IMG/VR virus record: IMGVR_UViG_3300025640_000009
Location: 2,453 to 66,452 of that record
Origin: a virus
Length of the DNA: 64,000 nucleotides
Strand: one strand, 5' to 3'
The translations under genes were made by a program, and so were the position numbers. The notes under the pieces are model-generated. The model searched no databases, was not told the DNA's origin, and saw nothing but the letters and a program-made list of their open reading frames with translations. Position 1 is the first letter of the stretch, and each line of letters begins with the position of its first letter. Below, piece after piece: positions 40,439-49,217 of this stretch.

Positions 40439-40900
40439 TTATGCGTTTAACCCAACGCTATATTGTGTTTTGCCGTCGATACGAGAAGCTGTAAGAATAC
40501 TCTTACGGTTATCTTCTTCACTGACGTATGATACATGAACCCAGCCACTATCAGGAATACCTGGAGTGTAGAATTCAAGAATGAGTTGATCGAAGTCACA
40601 GTTCTCTTTAATCCATTCTGCTAGTTCAGCATTAGGAACGCCTGGTACTTCAATATCTGCTGCTTGACCTTTACAGTGTTGTGATTTAGAACTACCACCA
40701 ACAGCTTCGTTTAACTCTGGGCCTCTATATCCACTATTCAATACAGTAGGACCAAAATGATCTCGCACTGGTTGTACTACCTTATCGAATAACTCTACTG
40801 CTGCAGTCATATGTTCTTCGTTAGGAGTATTATCAATTCCTTTACGTTCTGCTGTTTGGCTCTTTGTGAATTCAGCCAAGCTAAAGTTCTTACTTATCAT
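40439..40900 (-). CDS. Peptidase M15A (Zn D-Ala-D-Ala carboxypeptidase-like; candidate endolysin)
   Basis: SGYR..ELN.AVGGS..SQHCKGQAAD and WVHVS. Confidence 0.9.
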   Translation of the reverse strand: MISKNFSLAEFTKSQTAERKGIDNTPNEEHMTAAVELFDKVVQPVRDHFGPTVLNSGYRGPELNEAVGGSSKSQHCKGQAADIEVPGVPNAELAEWIKENCDFDQLILEFYTPGIPDSGWVHVSYVSEEDNRKSILTASRIDGKTQYSVGLNA

Positions 40901-40908
40901 TATAACTC

Positions 40909-41175
40909 CTATCGTATAATTTTTGAGATCATATCTTCAAATGCTTCAACCTTATCAGTACGATTCGGCCAATGTATATAATCTTTTTCTGGGTTCTTTT
41001 TAAGGTTGCTTAATAATGGCAATATAGCATTATACAAATTGTTCATCTTAGTTTCATAATCACTGGCTGTAGCTTCTTGAGAAGCAGCCGTTGCGGTGAG
41101 TTGTTGTACAGCTTCAAGTTCATCTTCATCGACAGCTGTAAAACCAAAATCGAAATTGTTAATATCTATACTCAT
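40909..41175 (-). CDS. Conserved T4-like hypothetical protein
   Basis: FDFGFTAVDEDEL and PLL.NLKKNPEKDYI.WPNR. Confidence 0.75.
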   Translation of the reverse strand: MSIDINNFDFGFTAVDEDELEAVQQLTATAASQEATASDYETKMNNLYNAILPLLSNLKKNPEKDYIHWPNRTDKVEAFEDMISKIIR

Positions 41176-42053
41176 TTTTTATACTCTTTAAATCCTAATA
41201 ATTTACGTGAACTAACTATTTCAAAAAACGTTTTAGCTTCAGGACCATTTAACTTATTATATGTAAATGATACTGAAGAATAGATTGGTCTATAGTGCAA
41301 TGTCTTATCAGACGGTACAAGTAATAATTGACCAGTTGTTACCATCTCTTTCTTCTTTGGATCTCCATGTCGAATAGGATTCATGAATGGATCACTATTA
41401 GGAGATACAGCCAAAGCATCAATCATTTCTAATGGATCTGTTACTTTCTTAACTTCTTCGATTGCAACACGTAATCTTTCTTCTGATGATTTACGTGCTT
41501 TCAAGAAGTTAGGATCTTCAGAATCAATCTTATAACCAAGCTGAGGTAACTCAATACCGTGATTAGTACGTACTGATTGATCTTTAATCTTTATAAGCTT
41601 ATGGATATAGTCTCTATCTTTTGCGTCTTCTTTCTTTTCAGTGAAGCCACCTTCGATTAACCAGCATTCCTTTTGATTGAATACATATGTCATACCTGCT
41701 AGCTCATTCTTAATTAGATATTTTGCTGCATTCAATGGATCTTTAATCTTTAAAGCATCTCTAATCTTTTTGCCATCTGGTGACATATAGTTAGTCTTCT
41801 TATATCGATCTTGATTAGCAGCTTTATCACCTTCCTTCTCATCACTCTTAACAGATAGAGAAGCAGATAAAATCGATACACCATTTTCATTTAAGCCTTC
41901 AGTGTATCGACTAAGCTTATCATCTATATAGAGTCTTTGAATATCATTTCGATTTGATTGAGTAATTTCAACATCAGCTAAGTATGATCGATCACGATTC
42001 TTAGCTCCAACCCATCCAACATTCTTAAAATATTTTACTGCGACTACGCACAT
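41172..42053 (-). CDS. Ntn-hydrolase (N-terminal Cys nucleophile; NRDE/C45-like)
   Basis: MC start, KNRDR, EGLNE.G and RTNHG. Confidence 0.7.
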   Translation of the reverse strand: MCVVAVKYFKNVGWVGAKNRDRSYLADVEITQSNRNDIQRLYIDDKLSRYTEGLNENGVSILSASLSVKSDEKEGDKAANQDRYKKTNYMSPDGKKIRDALKIKDPLNAAKYLIKNELAGMTYVFNQKECWLIEGGFTEKKEDAKDRDYIHKLIKIKDQSVRTNHGIELPQLGYKIDSEDPNFLKARKSSEERLRVAIEEVKKVTDPLEMIDALAVSPNSDPFMNPIRHGDPKKKEMVTTGQLLLVPSDKTLHYRPIYSSVSFTYNKLNGPEAKTFFEIVSSRKLLGFKEYKK

Positions 42054-42082
42054 ATGATAACCTTATACAATACTTAAAGTTA

Positions 42083-42090
42083 TATTTATA
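42083..42090 (-). promoter_or_regulatory. Late promoter TATAAATA
   Basis: Exact consensus upstream of the Ntn-hydrolase. Confidence 0.75.
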
Positions 42091-42094
42091 CTAT

Positions 42095-42661
42095 TTAACG
42101 TTTAAAAAATAAATGATTTTCAATTGTTACTGTACGAATTAACTTCTTTGCCCACCATGGTTCTACATAATCAGCATGGTAATGCGTTGCACCACTTGTA
42201 ACATCCTTTAACATAGTGTTACGTAAGACTAAAATAGCAGCATGTTCACTATCACTCCAGCTCTTACTCTCATATGCTTCTTCATCTTTACCATCACAGT
42301 AATATGAGAATTGACATTTATGTTTGATTGGAACTACCTTACGATGGTTATCCCACCACCATTGACTTATAGGACCTTCATGGACAACATCACATACTGT
42401 ATCTGGATGATGTCTTGAGTTGACTCTATTCACTACAACTTGAGCTACAGCAACCTTACCAACGAATGGTTGATTACCTGCTTCATAATAGATTGCTTCA
42501 ACTAAACAATCGTACTCGCTTTGTTGTCCACTCATATTTAATGTATCAACTGGATAAGAATCTTTTGCATGACTCTCATTGACAAATAAATGCGGTAGTG
42601 TTAATGTTAAAACCACACAGCCTGATAATAATAAAGCGATAGTGCCTTTGTTGTTATTCAT
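42095..42661 (-). CDS. Cell wall hydrolase (SleB / Hydrolase_2) with an N-terminal anchor
   Basis: CLVEAIYYEA, AVAQVVVNRV, CQFSYYCDG, GATHYHADYV.P.W and H.FF. Confidence 0.92.
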   Translation of the reverse strand: MNNNKGTIALLLSGCVVLTLTLPHLFVNESHAKDSYPVDTLNMSGQQSEYDCLVEAIYYEAGNQPFVGKVAVAQVVVNRVNSRHHPDTVCDVVHEGPISQWWWDNHRKVVPIKHKCQFSYYCDGKDEEAYESKSWSDSEHAAILVLRNTMLKDVTSGATHYHADYVEPWWAKKLIRTVTIENHLFFKR

Positions 42662-42670
42662 AATATAATC

Positions 42671-42847
42671 CTATTTCAATTTAGTTTTAAAGATCTCTCG
42701 ATCACACATTGTGTACTCAAACTTATTCGTTATAAGCTTATGACCATCAAAGTATTTAACTTTTTCTTTAGTGTTACTTGCCTCAATTACATTTTTAAAA
42801 TCTGTTAACGTATTCCAAAACTTTCTGGATTTACTAAGATCTTTCAT
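42671..42847 (-). CDS. 58-aa hypothetical protein MKDLSKSRKFWNTL...
   Basis: Fills the gap between operon genes; not in the ORF track. Confidence 0.55.
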   Translation of the reverse strand: MKDLSKSRKFWNTLTDFKNVIEASNTKEKVKYFDGHKLITNKFEYTMCDREIFKTKLK

Positions 42848-43040
42848 GCCATTCCTTCCTAAAGTGTGGATCTTTCTTTTCTTCTTTCTTCTTATCGATA
42901 TGTGTAGCAGGCTTATGGAACTTATCCATATTCTTCTTCACAGGATCTTTCTTGCCAAAGATAGCATCATAGTTATCGCTGAACTTCTTTGAGTCAGTCT
43001 TACGTTGCTTACTACCTTTGCCACCATGCGTTGCACTCAT
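42834..43040 (-). CDS. Small basic hypothetical protein
   Basis: GGKGSKQR.....F.DNYDAIF motif, common in phages. Confidence 0.7.
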   Translation of the reverse strand: MSATHGGKGSKQRKTDSKKFSDNYDAIFGKKDPVKKNMDKFHKPATHIDKKKEEKKDPHFRKEWHERS

Positions 43041-43303
43041 TCCCCATCATCTCCTAATACCGCTTTAATCTTATCAGAAGTAACGATACATGCACGATCA
43101 CCCTTATAGTCAATTGGCATAGAACCACTCCATTCAACATAGACTCGACTACCTACAGGGATATCGATTACTAAATCTCCAACTGCTAATACCAGTCCTG
43201 GCTTTACTGCCTTTGATACTTCACCCGTAAGGATAATACCACCTGCAGTTTTTACATCCTTTGATACTTCAGCTAATAATACATTTTTACCTAATAATTT
43301 CAT
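43037..43303 (-). CDS. groES: GroES-like co-chaperonin
   Basis: KTAGGIILT mobile loop and G.VLAVG. Confidence 0.8.
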   Translation of the reverse strand: MKLLGKNVLLAEVSKDVKTAGGIILTGEVSKAVKPGLVLAVGDLVIDIPVGSRVYVEWSGSMPIDYKGDRACIVTSDKIKAVLGDDGE

Positions 43304-43710
43304 TATATTTCTTCTCCAATCATTGCTAATATTTTATGAGCATATGTTATAAACTCATCACGTTGTTGCATTGCATTCTCTGCTGACCCACCTGTTGTAT
43401 TCTCAGCAATATATCTCACATAGCATAGTAATTCTTGTTCAAGTGAATGCAGGTCTAATTTGCATGACATACATTCATTGTTTTGTTCTACTGTTTGCCA
43501 TGGACTATCTTCTTCGATTACATCCAATCTTTGATTACTATTGATTACAAATCCAGAAGCTTTAATAAATCCTTCCATCGAATCAAGTAGCTCTGGTAAA
43601 GAAACATCCTTTGATAGTATATCAATCTGTACTTTTTTATTTGCGATAAGATCTTCTTCGCCATATGGATATTGAATAAACGAATAAGCCGGTTGTTGAT
43701 CACTAGTCAT
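43303..43710 (-). CDS. Hypothetical protein
   Basis: LPELLDSMEGFIKASGF motif; has an RBS. Confidence 0.65.
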   Translation of the reverse strand: MTSDQQPAYSFIQYPYGEEDLIANKKVQIDILSKDVSLPELLDSMEGFIKASGFVINSNQRLDVIEEDSPWQTVEQNNECMSCKLDLHSLEQELLCYVRYIAENTTGGSAENAMQQRDEFITYAHKILAMIGEEI

Positions 43711-43755
43711 TTAAGTTACTCCACGTTAAAAGTTGTTTAGGTTTATTATATATAG

Positions 43756-44337
43756 TTATTCTTCGCCAACGATATGTTTATAGATGTCTTTCCATTTAGA
43801 ATATCGTGGAATATCTCCATTATAATTCGCATTGTGACCATGACCAACGAGTATAGATCTAAGACCAAGTGCAGCACCGACTTCAGCATTCTCAGGTTTG
43901 TCTTCTATCCAATAGCATCCACTATCTCGATATGGCTCTAGAGCTTCGTCTTTATCAGCACCACAAGGTAAGCAAATTACTTCATCCCAGATCTCACGAC
44001 CAAAGAGAAAATCAAGGTTCTGATATCGTAGTCTTTGAGCATACTTATTATCACTTAAAGAAGTTATGCAATGGAATCTATAACCATGCATTGTATTAAG
44101 CTTCTTCATATAGTGTACAGCATCTCTAAGAGGTGGTAGGAATGCAATGTTTGCCGACTCATTAAACTGTTTGACTAATCTCTTGGCCACACCTTTGTCG
44201 ATATCAAATTTGATAGCAACATCATACTCATTTGGATTTTTTGTTAGTATATCTTGTGTATGCATCCACTGGGTGAAAGCATATTCCCAATCACATAGTA
44301 CTCCATCACAGTCTACTAATATTATATTTTCATTCAT
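43756..44337 (-). CDS. HAD-family 5'(3')-nucleotidase-like phosphatase
   Basis: ILVDCDGVL and WIEDKPEN. Confidence 0.85.
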   Translation of the reverse strand: MNENIILVDCDGVLCDWEYAFTQWMHTQDILTKNPNEYDVAIKFDIDKGVAKRLVKQFNESANIAFLPPLRDAVHYMKKLNTMHGYRFHCITSLSDNKYAQRLRYQNLDFLFGREIWDEVICLPCGADKDEALEPYRDSGCYWIEDKPENAEVGAALGLRSILVGHGHNANYNGDIPRYSKWKDIYKHIVGEE

Positions 44338-45015
44338 TTATTTAGTTCCAAAGAATTGTCTTCGTTGATATTCATTAATTGCATCACGTAACTGTTTAGT
44401 CCAATTATCACGTTTTTCGATAAAAATCTGTTCACCTTCATCACCAGCAATAACGATTACAATCTGTGGTACAGGAATACCCGTACGTTCTTCGATCATA
44501 ATGGCATAAGCCGTACACTGTAAGAAGTAGCCAGTAATGTATTCTTTTTTCTTTAATCGCCTTGACGTCTTATAGTCAATAATAGATGGGACACCATTCC
44601 ATACACCAACTAGATCGACACGACCTGCCATGTTGAGATGATCAGAATAAAGAGCCAATTCTTGACCCCATACTTCATCAACATTCTCTTCAAGGGTTTT
44701 AAACACAGTAGACGCAGTAGCCAATATATCAGGCATGACTCCATCTTTATAGTCTTCATCATTGTTCACATACTTTTCAAGCATTGTATGAACTGATGTC
44801 CCTCGCTTCGATGCACGGGTCGAAACCTTATTAGCCTCTTCTTCGCCGACCCGCGCTCGCCATGCACGAATAGAATCTTCACTTAGATGTTTAAGTACGG
44901 TCGTGACTGATGGATAATCTTTACCATCAGGAGCAACGTATTTACGACCTGAAGTTTTCGTCTCGCATGTAAGATCTTTATAACCAAGATCAATAGGGTT
45001 ATGTTTAAATGTCAT
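44338..45015 (-). CDS. PD-(D/E)XK exonuclease
   Basis: YPSVTTVL, RGTSVH, AGRVDLV, IIDYKTS and Q..AYA. Confidence 0.9.
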   Translation of the reverse strand: MTFKHNPIDLGYKDLTCETKTSGRKYVAPDGKDYPSVTTVLKHLSEDSIRAWRARVGEEEANKVSTRASKRGTSVHTMLEKYVNNDEDYKDGVMPDILATASTVFKTLEENVDEVWGQELALYSDHLNMAGRVDLVGVWNGVPSIIDYKTSRRLKKKEYITGYFLQCTAYAIMIEERTGIPVPQIVIVIAGDEGEQIFIEKRDNWTKQLRDAINEYQRRQFFGTK

Positions 45016-45016
45016 A

Positions 45017-45172
45017 TCAAATTTCCTGAAATGTTAATGCTCTAAAGCATTGGATATAGAAGTCTTTAATCTCTCCACGATGTTCCCAGCATATACCTAA
45101 TGGCACGTAGACTGGCGAGACAATAAGAAAGAATGCTCCTATGAAAAAATCTTTAATTAGTTCTTTATTCAT
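45017..45172 (-). CDS. 51-aa membrane-associated hypothetical protein
   Basis: MNKELIKDFFIGAFFLIVSPVYVPLGICW...; ATGA-coupled; not in the ORF track. Confidence 0.55.
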   Translation of the reverse strand: MNKELIKDFFIGAFFLIVSPVYVPLGICWEHRGEIKDFYIQCFRALTFQEI

Positions 45173-45405
45173 GATGTTACCTTTAGTGTTATAAATTTGC
45201 GTCTTGCTTTATCAAATTTCATTGCATTCTTTAATGTGATTACAGTATCAGCACCAGGCAGTTTATAACCAACCAACTTACCCTTAGCGTTTAAGAAGTA
45301 AGTATGATTAGGCTGGTTATATTCACATTCAGTCCACTTAGTGATTTCTTTTAAAGCAACAACTGAGCCATCAATTAGTTTCATAGATATAAAGGTCCTG
45401 TCCAT
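45169..45405 (-). CDS. Hypothetical early protein
   Basis: LKEIT.W....PNHTY and F.K.RRKF motif. Confidence 0.65.
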   Translation of the reverse strand: MDRTFISMKLIDGSVVALKEITKWTECEYNQPNHTYFLNAKGKLVGYKLPGADTVITLKNAMKFDKARRKFITLKVTS

Positions 45406-45773
45406 TGTACAGTATATTCCTCAAAGATATTACCACGAGCCTTGTTAGTGGCTGGTGCAGCCCATGATGCAGGTTTAAGAATATCGCCACGTTTGAATTT
45501 GTCACCATCTTCTTTAACAACAAATCCCCATACACTTCCTTTGTTGATCAACTTAACGTATTTTCTACCACGTGTATTGATCGTAAAATTATCAGTATAT
45601 TCTTTTAATCGTTCTTCATAGAACTCATCATCATTAAATACGCCACGCTCTCGGCTGTCACATAAAGCTTTATAGTCAGCAATTGCTGTACGACGTAACT
45701 CTTTGATTTGAGTATCAAAGTCATTAAAATCAGCAAGGTTTTGTTCGCCATCTAGTAAAAATCGAGTTGCCAT
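45381..45773 (-). CDS. Conserved phage early hypothetical protein
   Basis: GRKYVKL...SVWGFV...GDILKPASWAAPA..ARGNI. Confidence 0.8.
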   Translation of the reverse strand: MATRFLLDGEQNLADFNDFDTQIKELRRTAIADYKALCDSRERGVFNDDEFYEERLKEYTDNFTINTRGRKYVKLINKGSVWGFVVKEDGDKFKRGDILKPASWAAPATNKARGNIFEEYTVQWTGPLYL

Positions 45774-45806
45774 AATATAAGTCCTGTTTGATTAATTTAT
45801 AAGATT

Positions 45807-45835
45807 ATTATATCACAAGCAGAGGCAGTTGTAAA
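45807..45835 (-). promoter_or_regulatory. Early promoter with a conserved upstream box
   Basis: TTTACA-N17-TATAAT. Confidence 0.8.
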
Positions 45836-45888
45836 CGATTATTTTCACTTTATTTAGATCATTTTGTTATAAGGCTTATAACTAAAAG

Positions 45889-46419
45889 TTATATCTGTAC
45901 ATAACTGGATATGACATACTTTGGACCTGAGATTGGAGTACAACCCTTATGAGGATATTGCCACGTGGGAGGGAAGCATACGACTGAGCCAGCTTTAGGC
46001 TTTACTGACATATCTTTAAACAATGTTTCACCACCTTCTTCTACATCGTTTAAATAGAAGAACATTACAAGAATCCTTTTATTTGTCTCTTTTGTAGTAG
46101 CGTCACAGTGCCAATCAAATATACCTTCATTGGGTTCGTAACGTTTAATTCGTGGTTGTTCGAATGCACTGGTTTGCGGAAAGAATTCACGGCCTCTAGA
46201 ATATCTCTGGTATATACCACTCATAAGCTGAGATATTTGTTGAGTGTATTCTTTAAACTTTGCTGATTCAAACATATTGATTTCGCCAAAATCATATGCT
46301 GGAGTTTTCATATGCTTAGCTTCTGATGAATCGTATAACGAAATAAAGTGATCACAAGTTTGCTTAGAAATAACACTCTCATAAACTTCAATATAATCAG
46401 ACAACCTCCTGATACTCAT
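45889..46419 (-). CDS. 2OG-Fe(II) oxygenase
   Basis: WHCD, YLNDVEEGGET.F and YPHKG..P..G.KY. Confidence 0.9.
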   Translation of the reverse strand: MSIRRLSDYIEVYESVISKQTCDHFISLYDSSEAKHMKTPAYDFGEINMFESAKFKEYTQQISQLMSGIYQRYSRGREFFPQTSAFEQPRIKRYEPNEGIFDWHCDATTKETNKRILVMFFYLNDVEEGGETLFKDMSVKPKAGSVVCFPPTWQYPHKGCTPISGPKYVISSYVQI

Positions 46420-46700
46420 GAATTCTTTACGCCAATTATATAGTTTTCGGCTGAGCTTTCAGCATAGTGAAGACTCTTATTAGGATAAAACTCATCACAT
46501 TGAAAGACTTGCTTTTTAAAGAAGCGACAACCATAGTGCATTTTGCCATGAGCATCAACCTTCTGGAATATCTGAACCTGTCTTTCCATTTTAGGGGCAG
46601 TGTATATATCAATTATTTTGTCGATATATATCATTACGTTACTTTTCATATTATACTTTCTTCCTATTAACGTCGGTTTGTCCATCCTTAGGTCTTGCAT
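46416..46700 (-). CDS. Hypothetical protein
   Basis: KSLHYAESSAENY motif. Confidence 0.6.
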   Translation of the reverse strand: MQDLRMDKPTLIGRKYNMKSNVMIYIDKIIDIYTAPKMERQVQIFQKVDAHGKMHYGCRFFKKQVFQCDEFYPNKSLHYAESSAENYIIGVKNS

Positions 46701-46950
46701 CTTGAGCCATGTTTCCTCTGAATCCAGTCTCGATTGATCTGAGTCTATACATGTCTAAATCTCTTCTGGCTTTAATTGCCATTCTCACGGACTGTAGTTC
46801 TTTATCTCTCGAAGGACTGTTAGACATCTTAAGCTTTCTTAATACGATATCATATAGACTATAACATTGCCCGTCACTTAAAGGTCTAACCATGCTAATT
46901 GCTTCAGCATCATAGTTTCTGGTATCTTCGTAATCTTTCCACTTACTCAT
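46651..46950 (-). CDS. Hypothetical protein
   Basis: Coupled to the phoH stop. Confidence 0.6.
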   Translation of the reverse strand: MSKWKDYEDTRNYDAEAISMVRPLSDGQCYSLYDIVLRKLKMSNSPSRDKELQSVRMAIKARRDLDMYRLRSIETGFRGNMAQDARPKDGQTDVNRKKV

Positions 46951-47633
46951 AACTTACCTCTATCAACTAATTCTTTTGTCATTATAAAATCTCTTACGAG
47001 ACCACTACGAACGATGTCTTCAAATCCAAATTCGATAATATCAAATGATGTCATATGCGATAGTATCTTAATGAATTGATTAATGCCTTCTTTTTCAATA
47101 TTCTTTGTAAAATCTGATTGGTAGTAATCACCACACATTACGAACTTTGCATCAGTACCGATACGAGTTATAATAGAACATAGCTCATGGTAGTTACAGT
47201 TTTGAGATTCATCAACAATTACGATGGCATTATTAAATGTTTGTCCACGTAGGTATGATGTAGTCATAAACTCTACAGTCTTTAACTGAGTAAGCTTGTT
47301 CCATGCATCACCATCATCGAATAAATCATTAACGATTACTTGATACGGTGCAGTGTAAGCAGCTTCTTTTTCATCTTGGCTTCCTGGCAAGAATCCCATA
47401 TCTCTTGTAGGTACTGCTGAACGAACAATGATAACCTTATCGTACGGAGTCTCTTTATCCATTACATCAACTAATGCAAGATATAGAGATACAAAGGTTT
47501 TGCCTGTTCCTGCAGCACCAGAGATACTTAAATTTTGTCCATCGCTGTAAGCTTTAAATACTTCTTCTTGAGTCGACGTAGCTGGCTCTAATGTTTTTAA
47601 ATGTTCTAGGCGTAAACGTTGTGGTTTATTCAT
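46947..47633 (-). CDS. phoH: PhoH-like ATPase
   Basis: GAAGTGKT, GFLPG, RGQTF, DESQN, GD..QSD and DIVRSGLV. Confidence 0.95.
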   Translation of the reverse strand: MNKPQRLRLEHLKTLEPATSTQEEVFKAYSDGQNLSISGAAGTGKTFVSLYLALVDVMDKETPYDKVIIVRSAVPTRDMGFLPGSQDEKEAAYTAPYQVIVNDLFDDGDAWNKLTQLKTVEFMTTSYLRGQTFNNAIVIVDESQNCNYHELCSIITRIGTDAKFVMCGDYYQSDFTKNIEKEGINQFIKILSHMTSFDIIEFGFEDIVRSGLVRDFIMTKELVDRGKL

Positions 47634-47866
47634 TTGGTATCTATCGTACAGTGTTTAGGATCTGATCCCTTTTTAATATTTTTAAGCACATCATTGAATC
47701 CATCTGAAACCTGGCTAATGCCGCTTTTATGACCACCTACTATTTTAGATGGAGTGATCACTAGAGACATGTTTGGATTCTCTTCAAGGTATGGTTTTTG
47801 TTCAGCCATACGCATATGCTTTTCGAATACTTCACCAGTATCGTTATTTTTAAATGTGTAAATCAT
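47630..47866 (-). CDS. FmdB-like small protein
   Basis: YTFKN..TGE.FE and DGF.DVL..IK; typically found upstream of phoH. Confidence 0.65.
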   Translation of the reverse strand: MIYTFKNNDTGEVFEKHMRMAEQKPYLEENPNMSLVITPSKIVGGHKSGISQVSDGFNDVLKNIKKGSDPKHCTIDTK

Positions 47867-48426
47867 GGTAGTTGATATAGTCCTTTTTGTTCAGTTTCTA
47901 AAAACCAAGTTGGTGTTTGACGGGTTGTCCATACTGCAAAGTCTTTCTTTTCATTCTTGTAGTAATTACGATAAGCTATAACTGGATCTTTATGTTTACA
48001 ATAGTCTGGCATACACTGTGGAAATTCAGTAAGACCAACATCATCGATATTACTTGGTGAAGCTTTAAGTAACGTTCTTAACTTACGATCAGTCTCATGG
48101 ATTTTACCATAGCGATAAGTATACTCATCACATAATGCAACGAATAATTTATAATGCCAATTGTAGTTTTGTTTTGATTGCCTTGTCCATATAGTAGACG
48201 GATGATTTACGTGTACACCTTTATAGAATAAATCATTATTCTCTTCTAAGCGCCAACGTTTGATACGACGGCCATTCTTTGTCCTATCTTGATATTCAGT
48301 ACCATCGAGAACACGATGTGTTGTTGATAACATTTGAGCAGCTTCGATAATCATCTTTACGACATGTTTATCGCAATGCTGTTCGGCGGATTTTATTGGT
48401 GATTTGTTTAAAAAAAATATATTCAT
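47863..48426 (-). CDS. Pyrimidine-dimer DNA glycosylase-like (DenV family) protein
   Basis: MNIFFL, HCDKHVVKMIIEAAQMLST, HVNHPS..W and PQCMPD. Confidence 0.8.
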   Translation of the reverse strand: MNIFFLNKSPIKSAEQHCDKHVVKMIIEAAQMLSTTHRVLDGTEYQDRTKNGRRIKRWRLEENNDLFYKGVHVNHPSTIWTRQSKQNYNWHYKLFVALCDEYTYRYGKIHETDRKLRTLLKASPSNIDDVGLTEFPQCMPDYCKHKDPVIAYRNYYKNEKKDFAVWTTRQTPTWFLETEQKGLYQLP

Positions 48427-48433
48427 AATGTAT

Positions 48434-48462
48434 ATTATACCACAGTTCTAATGAAAAGTAAA
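48434..48462 (-). promoter_or_regulatory. Early promoter for the denV-like/phoH operon
   Basis: TTTACT-N17-TATAAT. Confidence 0.75.
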
Positions 48463-48463
48463 C

Positions 48464-48492
48464 CCCTTTATGACATTATTTATCATAAAGGG
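48464..48492 (-). terminator. 10-bp stem hairpin, probable terminator
   Basis: CCCTTTATGA ... TCATAAAGGG followed by GTTTACTTTT on the minus strand. Confidence 0.6.
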
Positions 48493-48520
48493 ACTACTCT
48501 AGATTTTACCACCTCCTTAC

Positions 48521-48682
48521 TTATGATGCATACCTTAATTGTTCAATATACTCATCCAGATAATCGATCTTCTTTTGCATCTTAAATGCTTTATCTGACT
48601 TTCCCTTTTTCAACAGCCGTTCTCGATAGTATGTTGCTTTGTTCCTATCTTTCTTCAACCGCTCGATCTCTTGTAACCTCAT
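48521..48682 (-). CDS. 53-aa basic helical protein
   Basis: MRLQEIERLKKDRNKA...; a GGAG RBS favours the start at 48682. Confidence 0.65.
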   Translation of the reverse strand: MRLQEIERLKKDRNKATYYRERLLKKGKSDKAFKMQKKIDYLDEYIEQLRYAS

Positions 48683-48764
48683 ATACGATTTCTCCATATA
48701 GATTAATTTGATCATGATATAGGTATTTAAGCTAGGATCCTCCTTTTTACAGTTGGTTAATAGA

Positions 48765-49217
48765 TCACTTTTGAATAAGAGTTGGGAATGCTTCGGAGAC
48801 TAATTTTAAGGTTACCCCTTTATATTTTCCAGTCAACTTCTTATCTTTCATTAATATTAATAGTTCTGCTTCTTCTGGAGTTACTTTCTCCAAAACTTTG
48901 ATGAACTTAAGTTCCCTAACACTTGCTTGTAAAGCATCACCTTCATATCCTTTTGCAAAGAATCGATACTCACTAGACACAGAACCAAAGCCTAGCTTAG
49001 ATTCTTTATTAGGAGTATAAGGAGGTGAACCCTTAGGTAAATTAAATTCGAGAGATTTGTCAAACGCACCTTTAAGAAAGGTCTTAAGTTGACGTGATTC
49101 GTTCGCTATTAAAAATTCTTTTTTCTTTACAGCCGTTTTAATCTTAGCTATTTTCTCAAAGAATTCATGTAGTTGTACTTCGTTATCCATTGTTATAAAA
49201 CTCCTCGACACATTCAA
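48765..49217 (-). CDS. Conserved hypothetical protein downstream of rnh
   Basis: LP.G.PPY, RE..FI..LE....EAELL...KDKKL and V.EAFP. Confidence 0.75.
   Translation of the reverse strand: MNVSRSFITMDNEVQLHEFFEKIAKIKTAVKKKEFLIANESRQLKTFLKGAFDKSLEFNLPKGSPPYTPNKESKLGFGSVSSEYRFFAKGYEGDALQASVRELKFIKVLEKVTPEEAELLILMKDKKLTGKYKGVTLKLVSEAFPTLIQK

Noticed and set aside
44338-45015. Cas4-like nuclease suggesting a CRISPR system
   Set aside because: It is a standard phage PD-(D/E)XK exonuclease, with no Fe-S cysteine set, no cas genes and no array.
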